Of a stretch of DNA of 64,000 bases, positions 42,241-58,624 are shown piece after piece. Positions within the stretch are counted from its first letter, which is position 1. Each line of letters begins with the position of its first letter. Both the position numbers and the translations under genes were made by a program. This DNA comes from the human T2T-CHM13v2.0 reference genome, Homo sapiens. The stretch lies in the NCBI RefSeq assembly GCF_009914755.1, contig NC_060934.1, one strand, 5' to 3'. The notes under the pieces are model-generated. The model had not been told where the DNA came from and made no database searches. It was given only the letters and a program-made list of their open reading frames with translations.

Positions 42241-43814
42241 TGTGTGTGTGTGTGTCTGTATCCTTATTTGTAAACATACTAAGAACACTACTATCTCTCA
42301 CAACAGTACGTGAATAATCCTGGTTTTTGTAAGTAGATGGATTTGTCTTTTATATAAGTTGATGAATTGATTATCGTAGAAATATTTTTTAATTTCAAAA
42401 GAAAAAAATTATTTTGTTTTTCTTTTTTTCAGTGTTTGCTTTTGCAAAGCATTAGTAGTTACACTGTAATAACTTATACACAATAAACATCAAGTTCTGC
42501 TCTCCTGCCCTCCTTCTCCATGATGCTTCCAGTCCACATGTTCAAGCTATAGTCCACAACATTATTTTCTGATAAATATAACAGTTTGATCTAAGTGTGG
42601 TTACATTATATTGTACTTGTCCCTGGAAGAAAACAAATTTTAATATGCAAGTGTTTATTTATATAATACATAAACGGAAAAAGCTATAGTAGCCATACAT
42701 CCTAATTATGACTTGTAGATGATAATTTCTAGATACTCTCCTACTAGAAATGAATGTTTAAAAGTCCTAAGAGGACTATTTTATTTATATATGCACTCGT
42801 GTTCACCTTATTCCATATAATGTATGTGGTTATTGACAATCTGGGAATTTAAAGGTGCAGCCCTCAAGAAACTGTTAAATAACTAAAAAAATAAACAATT
42901 GGGCTCTATGGTTGGACAAGGAAAACACTCACAAAATTTCCAATTTAAAATTTCATATCAGTAGGAAAATATTAAAAAATAGTTTTCTGTATATATGTAT
43001 GGATATATGTATATATTGAATTCTTCATATATCTCATGTTATCAATACATTTTAAGTCAAGACATTTGGTTGTGCTGTTTTTCTGGCTAATAACCAATAT
43101 GTCAGAATATAAAAATATTTTGTTACATCATTAAAAAAATCCATTTATCATTTCAACAGCTTGTACTGTGTTTTAAAAAATTTTATACTTTTCATAACTA
43201 AATTCTCTGATTTCTAGTGTTTAAATCCCCTATTTAAATTGAAACCTGGGGCTTTTTGTTATTCAGAAACTGATGAATAAAATCAAATCTACTTCAAAAT
43301 TCCATTGATCAAATAAATTTTATTACCTGATTTATCAGTAATATATCTCAGCTCTGAGCATATGTATTTAAATTATTCTCCCTGTAATAAATAGATGATG
43401 AAAATATTCTAAACTAGATGGAGGTAGCATACATGATGTTGTGATGTGGCAGCAATTACCCAGTGATACACGTGAGATTCTACTCTACTTCCATTACTGA
43501 TGGTGAGTAACATAGGCACGTCCCTTATTCTCTCTCGTCTCCTAGGAAGTTTGAGACTAGAAGATCTCCAAGGTCCTTTCTAACTCTAAAGTTCTTAAAT
43601 CCTTAACTTTCCCATTCTTTCATTCTTTAGCAAATATTTGTTGAGCTCCTATTATGTGCCTGGCAGTGCTCTAGGCATTTAGGGTACATAAATAAGCAAA
43701 ACATACAAAATCCCCTGCTTTTATAGCATTTATATTACAGTGAAAGAAACAGGCAGTAAGCAGAAGATGTAATAAGTAGGTTGGGTAGTATCTTTAAGGA
43801 TTATGGAACAAAGT

Positions 43815-45020
43815 TGTATTAGTCCACTTGTGTTGCTAAGAAGAAATACCTGAAGTTGAGTAGTTTATAAAGTAAGGAGGTTTGTTTTGGCTCACAGTTC
43901 TGTAGGTTCTACAGGAAGCTGGGTTCCAGCATCTGCTTCTGGTGAGGACTCAGGAAGTTTCCAATCATTGTAGAAGGCGAACGGGTAGCAGGCAATGTCA
44001 CGTGCTGAGAGCAGGAGCAAGAGGTGGAGGGAGGAGGAGGTGCCAAGCTTGCTCTTTCTTTTTATATTAATTTAAATTTTTATTTTAAGTTCCAGGGTAC
44101 ATGCGCAGGATGTGCAGCTTTGTTACATAGGTAAATGTGTACCATGGTAGTTTGCTGCACCTATCAACCTATAACCTAAGTATCAAGCCCAGCATGCATT
44201 AGCCATTTTTTCTAATGCTCTCCCTCCCCAACCCCACTCCCCACAGGCCCCAGTGTGTGTTGTCCCATTCTTTGTGTCCATGTGTTCTCATTGTTCAGCT
44301 CCCACTTATGAGTGAGAACATGCAGTGTTTGGTTTTCTGTTCCTGTGTTAGCATGCTGAGGATAATGGCTTCCAGCTCCATTTATGTCCCTGCAAAGGAC
44401 ATGATCTTGTTCCTTTTTATGGCTGCATAGCATTCTATGGTGTATATGCACCACATTTTTTGTACCACATTTTCTTTATCCAGTCTATCATTGACGGGCA
44501 TTTGGGTTGATTCCATTTCTTTGCTACTGTATGCACATATGCATGCATGTATCTTTGTAATAGAATGATTTATATTCCTTTGGGTATATACCCACTAATG
44601 GGATTGCTGGGTCAGATGGTATTTCTGGTTCTGGATCTTTGAGGAATCGCCATACTGTCTTACACAATGGCTGAACTAGTTTACATTCCTACCAACAGTG
44701 TAAAAGCATTCCTATTTCTCCAGCCTCTCCAGCATCTGTTGTTTCTCGACATTTTAATAATCACCATTCTGACTGGCATGAGATGATATCTCATTGTGTT
44801 TTTGATTTGAATTTCTTTAATGGTCAGTGATGTTGAGCTCATGTGGCCAGGCTTCCTTAAACAACCAGCAAGAACTCACTTATTACTCAGAAGAGGGTAT
44901 CAAACCATTCATGAGGGATTTGCCCCCATGACCCAAACACCTCCTACCAGGCTCACCTTTAACATTGGGGATCACATTTCAACATGAGATTTGGAGGGGA
45001 CAAACATCTAAACCCCATCA
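43815..45020 (-). mobile_element. MaLR LTR (MSTA-like) split by an L1PA
   Basis: TGTATTAGTCC...AGAAATACCTGA and ...TTTCAACATGAGATTTGGAGGGGACAAACATC...ATCA; perfect 5-bp TSD AAAGT (43810-43814 and 45021-45025). Confidence 0.88.
44055..44840 (-). mobile_element. 5'-truncated L1PA (PA8-10-like)
   Basis: TTTTAAGTTCCAGGGTACATG...AAGCCCAGCATGCATTAG...CTCCCACTTATGAGTGAGAACATG...GATGTTGAGC. Confidence 0.9.
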
Positions 45021-48000
45021 AAAGTAAAGTAGCGTAGGAGGATTGGGAAAGCTGGGTAGGACTTCATTTTTACAACCATGGAGGTCAGAGTGGGCCTCAT
45101 TAAGAATGTAACTTTGAGCAAACATTTGAAGGAAGTGGGGAGGTGGGCCATGCAAATACAGGTGTCAGAGGGAAAACATTTCAAACAGAAAAAGTCATGT
45201 GAAGCTGTAAGTCAGGAGTGTTTCTAGCATTTAAGGGGGTTGGCAATGTAACCTTATGCTAGAGCATAAGGAGGCAAAGAGTAGTGAGAAGATACAGAGG
45301 AAATGTGTAGGGGAGACAGAGCTTGAGAAAACGTCTACACCATTGTAAAGACATTCTTACAATGTGTTTGTGGCACCCAGTTCTAGAAAACTATTACTAA
45401 ATTAATTCTAAAGTGCCCCCTTTGATAGATTAATGTACCTGGTACTTTGATCATTCTTGCCTCTAATTAGGCAAAGATGTTTGGTCTCTAAAGATTGAGT
45501 TGGGGAAAGTAGTTGATGTTAGCAAGGTTAATGATGGTATGCTACTGATTTTATTTTAAAGTCCAAAATTAGAGATAGAAAGCATGACAGAGAGGGAGAG
45601 AAAAGGAGGGTGACTAAATGTATTAACGGAACAAGTGATTATTTTAATAATTTCTTTAATTGGCATTGAAATTGATGAGACATTTGTGTTTTTCCAACTA
45701 AGGCAACTCAGTAAACCAAAGGAAATAAGGAAAATTCTCTCACCAGCGCTATCATTTCTGTACTGTGTATTTTTAAAATTTACTTTTAAACATTAAACAG
45801 CTTTATTATTGGAGCAGTTTTAGGTTTATAGGAAAACTGAGTGGAAAGAACAAACAGTTTTCGTATAATATAATCCCTCTCAACTTACCCTTGTCCTACC
45901 CAGTTTTCATCCATCATTAACATCTTCCATTAGTATGGAACATTAGTTACAATTGATGAGCCAATATGGAGGCATTATCATTAAAGTTTATAGTTTACAC
46001 TAGGGCTTACTCTGGGTTGCACATTTCATGGATTTTGACAAATGTATGACCTATATCCATAGTATCATGCAGAGTAGTTTCACTGCCCTAAAATTCCCCT
46101 TTGCTCCACCTATTTATCCCTTTCTCCCCCAAAACCCTTTTTTTTACTGTCTCCATAGTTTTACCTTTTCCATGAATTCACATAGTTGGAATCATACAGT
46201 AACTACGCTTTTCAGATTGACTTATTTCACTTAAAAATATACATGTAAGTCCCCTCTCTGTCTTTTCATGGCTTGATACCTCATTTACTTATTGCAGAAT
46301 AAGATTCCATACTATGGATGTGCCAGAGTTCGTTTATTCACCAGTTCAAAGACATGTTAGTTGCTTCCAAGTTTTGGCAATTATAAATAAAGTTGCTATA
46401 AACAATCACGTGCACATTTAGTGTAGACATAAACATTCAGCACATCTGGGTGAATATCAAGTAGTACAGTTGCTGGTTCACATGGTAAGAGTATGTTCAG
46501 TTTTGTAAGAAACTGCCAAACTGTCTGACAAAGTGGCTATACCAGTTTGCATTCCCACCAGAAGATAACCTCCTCTGTTATCTTCTAATGTTTCATAGTG
46601 AATGAGAGTTCCTGTGGCTCTATATCCTCGGGAGTGTTTGATAATGTCAGTGATTTGGAAATAGCCATTTTAAAAGATGTTTAGTGTCATCCCATTTTTG
46701 TTTTAATTTGAAAATCCCTGATAACAAATGAGTTTGAGTATTTTCTATATGCCATTAGCCATTTGAATAGATTCTTTAGGGAGGTTTCTATTTAGATGTT
46801 TCATCCATTTTTCTCATCAGGTGGTTTATTTTCTTATTTTTGAGTTTTTAAAGTTCTTTATATATTTTGAATACCAGGCCTTATCAGATATGTGTTTTAG
46901 AATATTTTCTTTGGTCTCTAGCTTGTCTTTTCATTCTCCTAACAGTGTCATTTACATAGAAGTTTTTAATTTAACAAAGTCCAACTTACCAATTTCCCAT
47001 TTATGGTTCCTGGTTTTGGCAATATATGTAAAAACTCAGTGCAACACCCAAAGCCACTAGATTTTCCCCTATGTTATCTTCTACAAGTTTTATAGTTTGC
47101 AGTTGACTTTTAATTCAATGAACAATTTTGAGTTAATTTTGGTAACACATGTATACTCTGTGTCTAGATTCTTTTTTTTTTGTTTGCTTGTTTGTGGGTG
47201 TAGTTGTTCTGCATTATCCTTTCTGCATTGGATTGCCTTTGATTCCTTGTCAAATATCAGTTACTTCTATTTGTGTGAGTCTGTTTCTGGGCTCTCTATT
47301 CTATTCCATTATCAGTGTGTCTATTCTTTCACAAATACTACATTGTCTTGATTACTATAGCCTTATATGATGTCTAAAGTCTGGTAGTGTCAGTTGTCTG
47401 GCTTTGTTCTTCTCCTTTAACCTTGTGTTGGTTATTCGGAGTCTTTGACTTTCCTTTTAAACTTCCAAGTGAGCCTCTCAGTATCCTCAAAATAACTTGC
47501 TAGGACTTTGACTATGATTGATTGAATCTATAAATTAAGTTGGGAAGAACTTACATCTTGAAAATATTGAGTCTTCCTCATGAAATAACATCTATTTATC
47601 TATATTTGAGATTTTTCATCAGTTTTGTAGTGTTCTTCATAGATATCATGTACTTTTTTGTTAGATTTATAAATATATATTTCTTTTTTGGTGCTAATAT
47701 AAATTTTATTGTTTTAAATTTTGAATTCCAATTGTTCATTCCTGCTATATAAAAAATAACTAAATTTGCATATTATTCTTGCATCCTGCAACTTTTCTCT
47801 AATTGCTTCTCACTTCCAGGAAGTTTTTTGGTTGATTATTGGTTGATTTTCTACAGAGACAATCATGTCATCTATGAACAGTTTTATTTCTTTCTCAATT
47901 AGTATGCTTTTTTTCCCCCTTTTTTCTATTATTATGCTACCAAGGACTTCCAGTATGATGTTAAATAGGAGTTGTGAGAGCACACATCCTTGCTTGTTCA

Positions 48001-48585
48001 TGATTTTAGTAGGAAAATGGCTAGTTTTTCACTATTAAGGATGATATTAGCTATAGGTTCTTCGTCAATATTCTTTATCAATATGAAGTTCCCTTCTATT
48101 CCTAGTTCCCTAACAGTTGTCATCATGAATGGGTATTGCTTTTCATCATATTCTTTTCTGCATGTATTGATATAATTATTTAATGTTTATTCTGTAGCTT
48201 GTTGATATGATGGATTACATTAATTGATTTTCCAATGTTTACTGGCCTAGCATACTTGGAATAAATCCTACCAGATCATGGTATATTATTCTTTTCTTCC
48301 ATTGCTGAATTTAATTTGCTAATACTTTTTGAGAATTTTTGCATCTATCTTCATGAGAAATGTTGGTCTGTAGTTTTCCTTTCTAGTAATGTTTTTGTCT
48401 GGTTTTGTATTATGGTTTTGTTTTGAAAGGTTATTAATAATTGATTGAATTTCTTTAATAGATATAGGTGTAGTCAGATTATCTGTTTTTTCTTGTGTAA
48501 ATTTCAGTAGATGTGCCTTTCAAGGAATTGGTCAATTACATCTAGATTATCAAATATATGGTATATATTGTTAATAATATTTTTT

Positions 48586-48901
<316 letters not shown>

Positions 48902-49240
48902 TCATTACCCTTTTAAAATTCATGGGATCAGTAGTGATGGTTCTTTTGTCATTTTCAATATTAATGCTTTGGGTCTTCTCTCTTTTTTTCTCAGGTAACT
49001 TGGCTAGAGGTTTAGCAATTTTATTAGTCTTTTCAAAGAATCAACTTTTTATTGATTTCCAGTTTTTCTTACTTTAAACTATATGCATTCAATGCTGTAA
49101 AATTTTCCTCTAAGCACTGCTTCACTTCATCCCATATACTTTGATTAAGCATATTTTATTTTTAATTTTTAATTGAAATAGAATATTTTAAAATTTCTCT
49201 TGGAACTTCGTTGACCTTTGTGTTATTGGAAATTGTGTAG

Positions 49241-50784
<1,544 letters not shown>

Positions 50785-51701
50785 AAATTGTGTAGTATAA
50801 TATCAAACAGGATTTTTCAGCTATCTCCCTGTTATTGACTTCTAGTTTAATTCCATTGTGTTCTAAGAGCATACATTGTATGATTTCTATTCTTTTAAAT
50901 TTGCTACAGTTTGTTTAATAGCTCAGAATGTTGTCAATCTTCATAAATATTCTGTGTGAGCTTGAGAAGAGTGTGTATTCTGCTGTTTCTGGGTGAAGTA
51001 CTTTATAAATGTAAATTAGACCCAGTTGATTGATGCTGTTAAGTTCAACTACTGCCTGACTGGTTTGCTGCCCTCTGATCTGCCAATTACTGAGAGAGGA
51101 ATCTTGGCATCTTTAACTATAATAGTAAATTCATTAGTAAATTGGCAAGTATTTCCCTTTGCAATTCTGTGAGCTTTTGCCTCAAATGATGCTCTGTTGT
51201 TAGGTGCATACACATAAATGATTGCTACGTCTCTTGAACATTATATAATGCTATACCAGGCCATTTGGGCTGCTATAACAATGCCTTTGACAGGGTAATT
51301 TGTGAATAGAAGAAATTTTTAAATGGGGTTATGATTAGGTCTCAGTCTTTTAGCGAGACTGTGCCCTGAGTTGTGTCCTTTACAATTGCCTCTCAGCATT
51401 TTTTTTTTTCTTTTTTCTCCTTCTTGGATGAAACAAGAAGGCTGGAATGCCTGGAACTGGTTATTTCCCTTCTCCCCCATGGAGAACTAGAGGGGATGGG
51501 GTTTTATATTTTCCCTCCTATACTTTTGTTAGGCTGTGGTACGCTGCAGTCAGTTAAGCTCTCTTTAAATAGTTTGCCTTAAGGGCAGGCCTCACTGACA
51601 AGAACAGAATGTTCTTGGTATGTTTCAAAATAGCTATTTCCCCTCTCCTACCAGAAACAGAAGGGAATGTTCCTCTGATCTTCATTATAAGAACTTGATG
51701 G

Positions 51702-51982
51702 GGCCAGGCGCAGTGGCTTACCCCTTAATCCCAGCACTTTGGCAGGCCAAGGTGGGTGGATCACAAGGTCAGGAGTTCAAGACCAGCCTGGCCAAGATGG
51801 TGAAACCCTGTCTCTACTAAAAATACAAAAATTAGCCAGGCGTGGTGGCGGGTGCCTGTAATCCCAGCTACTCAGGAGGCTGAGGCAGAGAATTGCTTGA
51901 ACCCAGAAGGCGGAGTTTGCAGTGAGCCAAGATCGCGCCACTGTACTCCAGCCTGGGCAACAGAGCGAGATGCTGTCTTAGG

Positions 51983-52033
<51 letters not shown>

Positions 52034-52061
52034 TTAGATAGATAGATATCTAGATAGATAG
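51702..52061 (+). mobile_element. AluSg/Sx-like SINE with tail converted to (TAGA)n
   Basis: TSD AGAACTTGATG (51690-51700 and 52062-52072). Confidence 0.92.
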
Positions 52062-52062
52062 A
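51983..52062. repeat. Compound tetranucleotide STR (TAGA)12 TAGT (TAGA)3 TATC (TAGA)3
   Basis: Counted directly. Confidence 0.93.
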
Positions 52063-52343
52063 GAACTTGATGAGACTTCTGGAAGTAAAACTCATGAAAC
52101 TCTGGGTGTCCTCAAAAGAGTTCCTCCCCTCAACCTTCAGAGTATTTAACTTTCAAACTTATTCACCCTGAGCCTCCAGCAGTTGATCAATTACAGTTTA
52201 GGATTTTCTACCCTTGTCTTAGTTCCTGCAGGAGTACCTTTCCCTGGTCTTCTGTTCTAGTACATTGTGGTTCCATGTGTCCCCCTCTTTCTTTCTTCAG
52301 TTTTAGAGGCAGCAGTTTGTCCTATGACCTCAATTCTCTAATG

Positions 52344-52673
52344 CAGGGGTATCCAAGCTCTGGGCCCATGGCCTGTTAGGAACCAGATTGCACAGCAGAA
52401 GGTGAGGGGCAGGTGAGCGAGCATTAACTTCTGAGCTCCACCTCCTGTCAGATTGGTGGCAGTGGCGTTAGATTCCCATAGAAGCATGAACCCTACTGTG
52501 ACCTGTGCATGTGAGGGACCTAGATTGTGTGCTCCTCATGAGGATCTAACTAATGCCTGATGATCTGAGGTGGAGCAGTTTCATTGCAAAGTGACTTCCC
52601 CTGGCACCCCATCCGTGGAAAAAATTGTCTTCCATGAAAGGGTCCCTGGTGCCAAAAAGACTGGGGATCACTG
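52344..52673 (+). mobile_element. MER1B-like hAT-Charlie non-autonomous DNA transposon
   Basis: CAGGGGT...GGCCTGTTAGGAACC...CCGTGGAAAAAATTGTCTTCCATGAAA...GTCCCTGGTGCCAAAAAG...CACTG; perfect 8-bp TSD CTCTAATG (52336-52343 and 52674-52681). Confidence 0.92.
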
Positions 52674-53475
52674 CTCTAATGGATCTAAAAATAGTTGTTG
52701 ATTTTCAGTTTATTCAGCTTTTTTTTGTGTGTGAAGACTGGATCAATGATTTCCAGTTCCTTATATGCTGAACCAGAGACTGCAAGTCTGTGCTGTGTAC
52801 AGTTAATGGATTGTTTGATCTCTCTATATATCTGTAATTCTGAAGCTATAGAGGGCAGTTATTTGGTCTTACCCTACAATCATACATCACTTAGGAGACA
52901 TGACAGAAAATATGGGAATGAGCTAAATTTTCATTAATATCAGTAGCATTGTTGTTATGTCCATCCTGTATCAACTTACCTTAAAACCTGTAACCTCTTC
53001 TCTTCAAGGGAAATTTTCCTATTACTTTAGATTTTTTTCTTTCTTCTTATATATGATTTGAGTGTTTTCAAACTAACCCATAGGCAACTATGCACTTCTA
53101 ATGATTAAGCAGTAACTCACTTCATTGCTTTGCCTCATCAGTGGTAATTAAAGAGCAGACCCCTTTTAGAACAGCTGAGTGTAGCTGGGGCCAAGAAATG
53201 TCATATTGTCCTCTCACTGATGCATTTCACACACTGGTTTTAATAAGCTACATACCTAGTGAAATGCATGCGGTGTTTTTCTTAGCCAAAGGATTTCACT
53301 CAGAGACTTCAAGTCAGTGCCAGTGACCTGCCTTCAACATTGCAGGCACCAGGAGTGTTTGGAAACTGCAGGAGAGGAACTTCAGGAAAAACTCCTAATC
53401 ATTTTCTTTCAAGGCCTTATCTGGCCAACCTAGATACATGGACATTGTTGAAGTAGATGGTCTCTAATACACATC

Positions 53476-53849
53476 TGATATAGGTTGGATGTCCCCTCCA
53501 AATCATATTGAGGTGTAATTCCCAATGTTGGAGGTGGGGCCTGGTGGGGTCTTGGGTGTGGATCTCTTATGGCTGATAGTGAGTTCTCACAAAATCTCGT
53601 TGTTGTAAAGTGTGGCACACCGCCCGCCTCCGGCACTGTCTCTCTTTTTCCTGCTTTCCCCATGTAATGTGCCTGCTCCCAGTTGGCCTTCTGCCATGAG
53701 AAAAAGATTCTTGAAGCCTCCCCAGAAGCAGTTGCTGGTGCTGTGCTTCCTGGAGAGCCTGCAGAACCATGAGACAGTTAAACCTCTTTTCTTAAGTATT
53801 ACCCAGTCTCAGGTATTCCTTTATAGAAATGCATGCATGGCTTAATACA
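53476..53849 (+). mobile_element. MaLR LTR (MSTA-like)
   Basis: TGATATAGGTTGG...CCCAATGTTGGAGGTGGGGCCTGG...GCCTGCAGAACCATGAG...TTACCCAGTCTCAGGTATT...TAATACA; TSD ACATC/CCATC. Confidence 0.88.
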
Positions 53850-55822
53850 CCATCTATTCTGGAACTTAACACTCATATTTTGTATTACCTCTTCATATCT
53901 GTTGTTGAATGTTTTCCTTCAAAGGAGTCTTCATTAAAAATAAATGCTGAGGAGTTTCTTCATCAAAAAATTTAACATAGACTTAATTTGATAATATTAT
54001 AATAGTTATATTTAAATGACCTGATTTTGGTCTATCTATGTTTAAATTTAGCAAGTTCTCTTTAAGTTTTTAATGTTCTACATTATAAGCAGTAGCTTTG
54101 ATCATAATATAACCTTTGTATATAACCTTGATGATAACATAAACTCTACTATAATTTAATATTTTTGTATATTCTTGGAATCCATATTTTATGACAAAAG
54201 TTATGCTAAAATTATTACTTTACATTATAAAATGTTGACAGTTAATATATTACTGGGTCTGTGTTTGACTAAAGTTTAAAAAATATTAAAATAGAAATAG
54301 GCAAATTCATCCAGCAGTTAATTTTTAGAAAGCTATTTCAAATAATTATTACTGTGATATGAGTTGCCGTTTTAGTTAAGTATGTTTAATAAATGTAAAA
54401 TTAGAAACAAATGACATTAGAATTAATTATTTTTCAAGGAAGTTAGCCATTGTGGTTTTTCAAAATTATCAACATTTAAAAGTTATTAAAATTACTTTGC
54501 TGAGAGTTATCACAAAGACACCCTCAGAATACAATAATATCATTTCTATTGAAGGACAGAAATATATGCTATAATTTTAGTTGTTAGTGGGCTTCTCATT
54601 AGACATAATGAATAAGCAATGTTATGAGTTCCTAAGTAATACTCCTAGTTTTCTCATTGGCCACAGTGGCTATGAAAACACTTGACGTAACATGTAATTA
54701 TTCAACTTAATATACTGGAGGTATTATAAATAACATGTTACTAATGAAATAACCTACAAACTGGCCAGAAATTTCATTGAAATAAATAGTGAGTTAGTAA
54801 AGTTGACCAGAATTAATTGGGATTAGTGGTAGGGTCAAATAATGGGGTAAGATGTGTTGACATGTATTGGAGAGTTTAATGTTCATGACATTGGGGAGGG
54901 AAAGTCATGGTGTGGTTTTGAGAAGTAGAGTAGGAAGAGAATGGAACGAAAATGAATTTGACAAGAGCATGTAGGATTGAAGATTAAAAAGACTGAATGC
55001 AGAGAGAAAAATAAACTGTAAAACCAATAAAAATAGACACATTAATAAATAAATATATGCTGAGGTTTGGGGAAAAACAAAGTGTTACAGTTACATTTTC
55101 ATGTAATTTGTAAACTAATTTTGCCAGGAAGAAATTACAAAATAAATATAATAAAGCCATTTCTTTTTAAGTTATTGGGATGTAAACCAAGATTTGTGTA
55201 AAAATCAGAGTTCACTTTAATTAGGTTCTGTATAGTATGCTCTATTATCAACAAGTTGAATTAGAAACTTCACATCTTTTTATTTTTAATTTTTAAGAAA
55301 TGGAAAAGTAATTACATAAACTTGTAAACCAAGTATCCACCAGATCCTGGAGCTGAAGATTCTTTGGGATGAGTGCTTACGTGTCAGACTGGAAGTAGTC
55401 AATGGATCCAAATTCCCTTCTGATTGAATCTTAGCTGCTTTTGTTAATTAAAGGATCAACATTAAAAGTAATTTTTTGCTTGAGAAATGTCTTGAGAAGC
55501 TTCTTTTCCAAAATGTCCAACTTGATATTAGGGTTAAAGTCTCACATTTCAGGTTTCCAAACTTTGGGCAAGTTTTAAATTTTTCTTTAGTTTATAATCA
55601 TCTTGATTTATTTTTGTTTTGTTTAATTTCCATTAACATCTCGATTTCTGAAATTGATCTTAGATTTCTTTTGTACTTGGGGACACTAGCAGCATTCTTA
55701 TCTTCTGTCTCTGGAATATTTGGTGATTCTTGCTAGTATTTCTGCAATGACAATTTAATATCATAAAATAAGATGACTGTTATTCTTTCCTTTTTATAGA
55801 ATAAATTTTGGATATATATTTT

Positions 55823-56127
55823 TTATTTATTTTTTGAGACACAGTCTCCCTCTGTTGCCCAGGCTGGAATGCAGTGGCATGATCTCCTCTCACTGCAAAC
55901 TCCACTTCCCGGGTTCACGCCATTCTTCTGCCTCAGCCTCCTGAGTAGTAGCTGGGACTACGGGCACCTGCCACCATGCCTGGCTAATTTTTTTTTTTTT
56001 TTTTTTTTTTTTGTATTTTTAGTAGAGACGTGTTAGCCAGGATGGTCTCAATCTCCTGACCTCGTGATCTGCCCGCCTTGGCCTCCCAAAGTGCTGGGAT
56101 TACAGGCGTGAGCCACCACGCCAGGCC
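55823..56127 (-). mobile_element. AluY-like SINE
   Basis: TTCACGCCATTCT and TTAGCCAGGATGGTCTC; small deletion after GTAGAGACG; long T linker. Confidence 0.92.
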
Positions 56128-57181
56128 ATATTTTATAGGATAAGTTAACTGTAGCTAAATTTTGACACTAAGAAAACAGTGACACAGTAAGATTTTTTAG
56201 TAAGAGGGAGGTCACTGGAAAAATGTACTATTGCAATAGAAGAAAATTAATATCCATGTGTTTTCTTTTCTCTGGGTCTTATTTTTCCCATGTGAAAAAA
56301 AGGGTTGTATAACTGATGCTGAAGTATACCATAAGCCAAATATAAATATATAGAGATATATAGATAGTATTTTATATATATATATCTGTATATGGTATGA
56401 TGTTTAAATATTGCTATATTACCAAATTATATATAACGTTGGTATCTGATAACTATAAAATTTAGGTGCAAAAAGAGAATATAGAAATATAACTCTTTAA
56501 TCTTAACTTTTTTCTCAATTATAGAATGTTTTAAACAGCACTAGAAAATGCCATATGTTATTTTTTTAAATTATTTGTACTGATAAGCAAAAGTACTAGA
56601 ATCTAGCATGTATGTTTGTTGGTTTCAAAGCTAACTCTTTCTGTTTCCTTATTTCTTGCATTTGTTAGTCACTGAACTATTAAAAAAAGTGGTGAATATC
56701 AATGTTAGTTCATCCAGGAAGATTTTCTGTCTTCAAAATGTTAAAATATTTTCTGCACATTACTGTGGTTTTTAAAATGACTTCTATAATCTCATATTCA
56801 TTTATCATATTCATGTATCATGAGGGTCCTCTTTTTCTGCAGTCACACAACCTTAGTCTAACATAGACAAAGTTCTTTAGCAATAAAAAAATTTGTGTTT
56901 ATATCTCCTCCAGCTTTTTAAATGCTTAAGACAGTTACGGTTTTTTTTAATTATGTCCAGTTTGACGTACAGAAGTTGATGACAGAAGCAAATAAAGGTC
57001 CTACTAACCCAGGAAAATATAACATCCATTGGCTCACTTTATAACCCACAATTTCTACAGATAGAAAATACAATAGTCAATGTATTGAGCTGTTACATAG
57101 CCAGAGATTTCATTCTTTCATCAATCATCTGGATGTCCTGATACTTCTAATATCCAATCATAAAAAGTTATTTTTTAATGA

Positions 57182-57397
<216 letters not shown>

Positions 57398-58624
57398 TGA
57401 TTCTTTCAGAAAATGGGAATAAGTATTTGTTTTTAGTATCTAAATATACTAAAGATTTGGGAATTTCTGAGGAATTACATTTATTTCTGGGTCCAGTTCT
57501 ATTTACACATGGAAAAGAGTCACATATAGTAAGAAGTAAAGTTTCTCTGCCTATGAACTTCGCCATGAAATTTTCATGTCTTGTAGGCAACAAAATAACT
57601 TTGCACTAAAGTTGTTTTAGAAACCCTGAGGAAATTTTGTTCGGTGAATGTAGCTTTATTTTCTGCTTTCCTTATTCCCAAAGGTTCACAAGAACTGCAC
57701 AAGGCAAAGGCCCCTGTGGCTACCTATTATCTTCCAGACTGTCTTCTCCATCTGTATTAAGCTTTTCCCTTCCCCAGGCCACGTTCCTTCTCCTAACCGT
57801 TTCTATTGTACAAGCTAGAATGCTCATTCTATTTCAAAAAGAAAAAAAAAGTTCTATTCTAAACACCTTTTCTAAAAAAGTCACCCCTTTAACTGAAATC
57901 TGAATTTCTACTGTTTAAGATGTTCCCCCCCTAAGTGGGGCTGTTTGTTCCCTTACTGAGTCTTCCATTTAAAATATTAAATAGTAGGGTCATTGTCTTT
58001 CTAGCTACTCAAAGCCTCTTTAAAAGTGGTTTTGTTGTTGTTGTTGTTGTTGTTTTTGTTTTTTCCTAACACTCCTACTCAAAGTTTCTTTTCTTTTAAG
58101 GCCACACATCTGAATTTTTGTTCTTCTCATAGTTTTTCTCTGGATTCAAAATCCTGGGCAATTTCAACTTCAGGTGACACACCCTATCTAAAACATCAAC
58201 TTCTTTGAGTCTAATAACCAGTGTGAGCCTGCTTCCTCAGGAAGTCACTCCCATGGTTAACATTCAGGGCCTGAGCATCCCCTTTGAAATCTTAAGATTA
58301 AAAATCTCATATAATCACCACTTTCTCATCTTCATTACTCCTCCTAAACCCATTTTCTAGTAACATTAATAAGAAAAAAATATATATTCTAGATCATCAA
58401 GGCCTCCTGGTTTTTGGGGTTCCATAAGCAGCCTCTTACTTTTTCCCCCAATAATTATAGATTTAATGATAACACCTTATCCAAATCCATTCGCATTCAG
58501 AATTTTGAATTCTATTATGTTCTATTTCTTAATTTTTTCACACGAATTTGAATAGTATGTGCCAGGCGATGGGCTAAGCATTTTGCACATGTTAGTACAT
58601 TTATTTATCGGCACACCTCTGTAG

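Larger units (their letters stand above)
43615..45355 (-). mobile_element. L2 3' fragment split by MSTA
   Basis: CAAATATTTGTTGAGCTCCTATTATGTGCCTGGCAGTG at ~43630; continuation GGTCAGAGTGGGCCTC...TTTGAGCAAACATTTGAAGGAAGTG after 45025. Confidence 0.7.
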
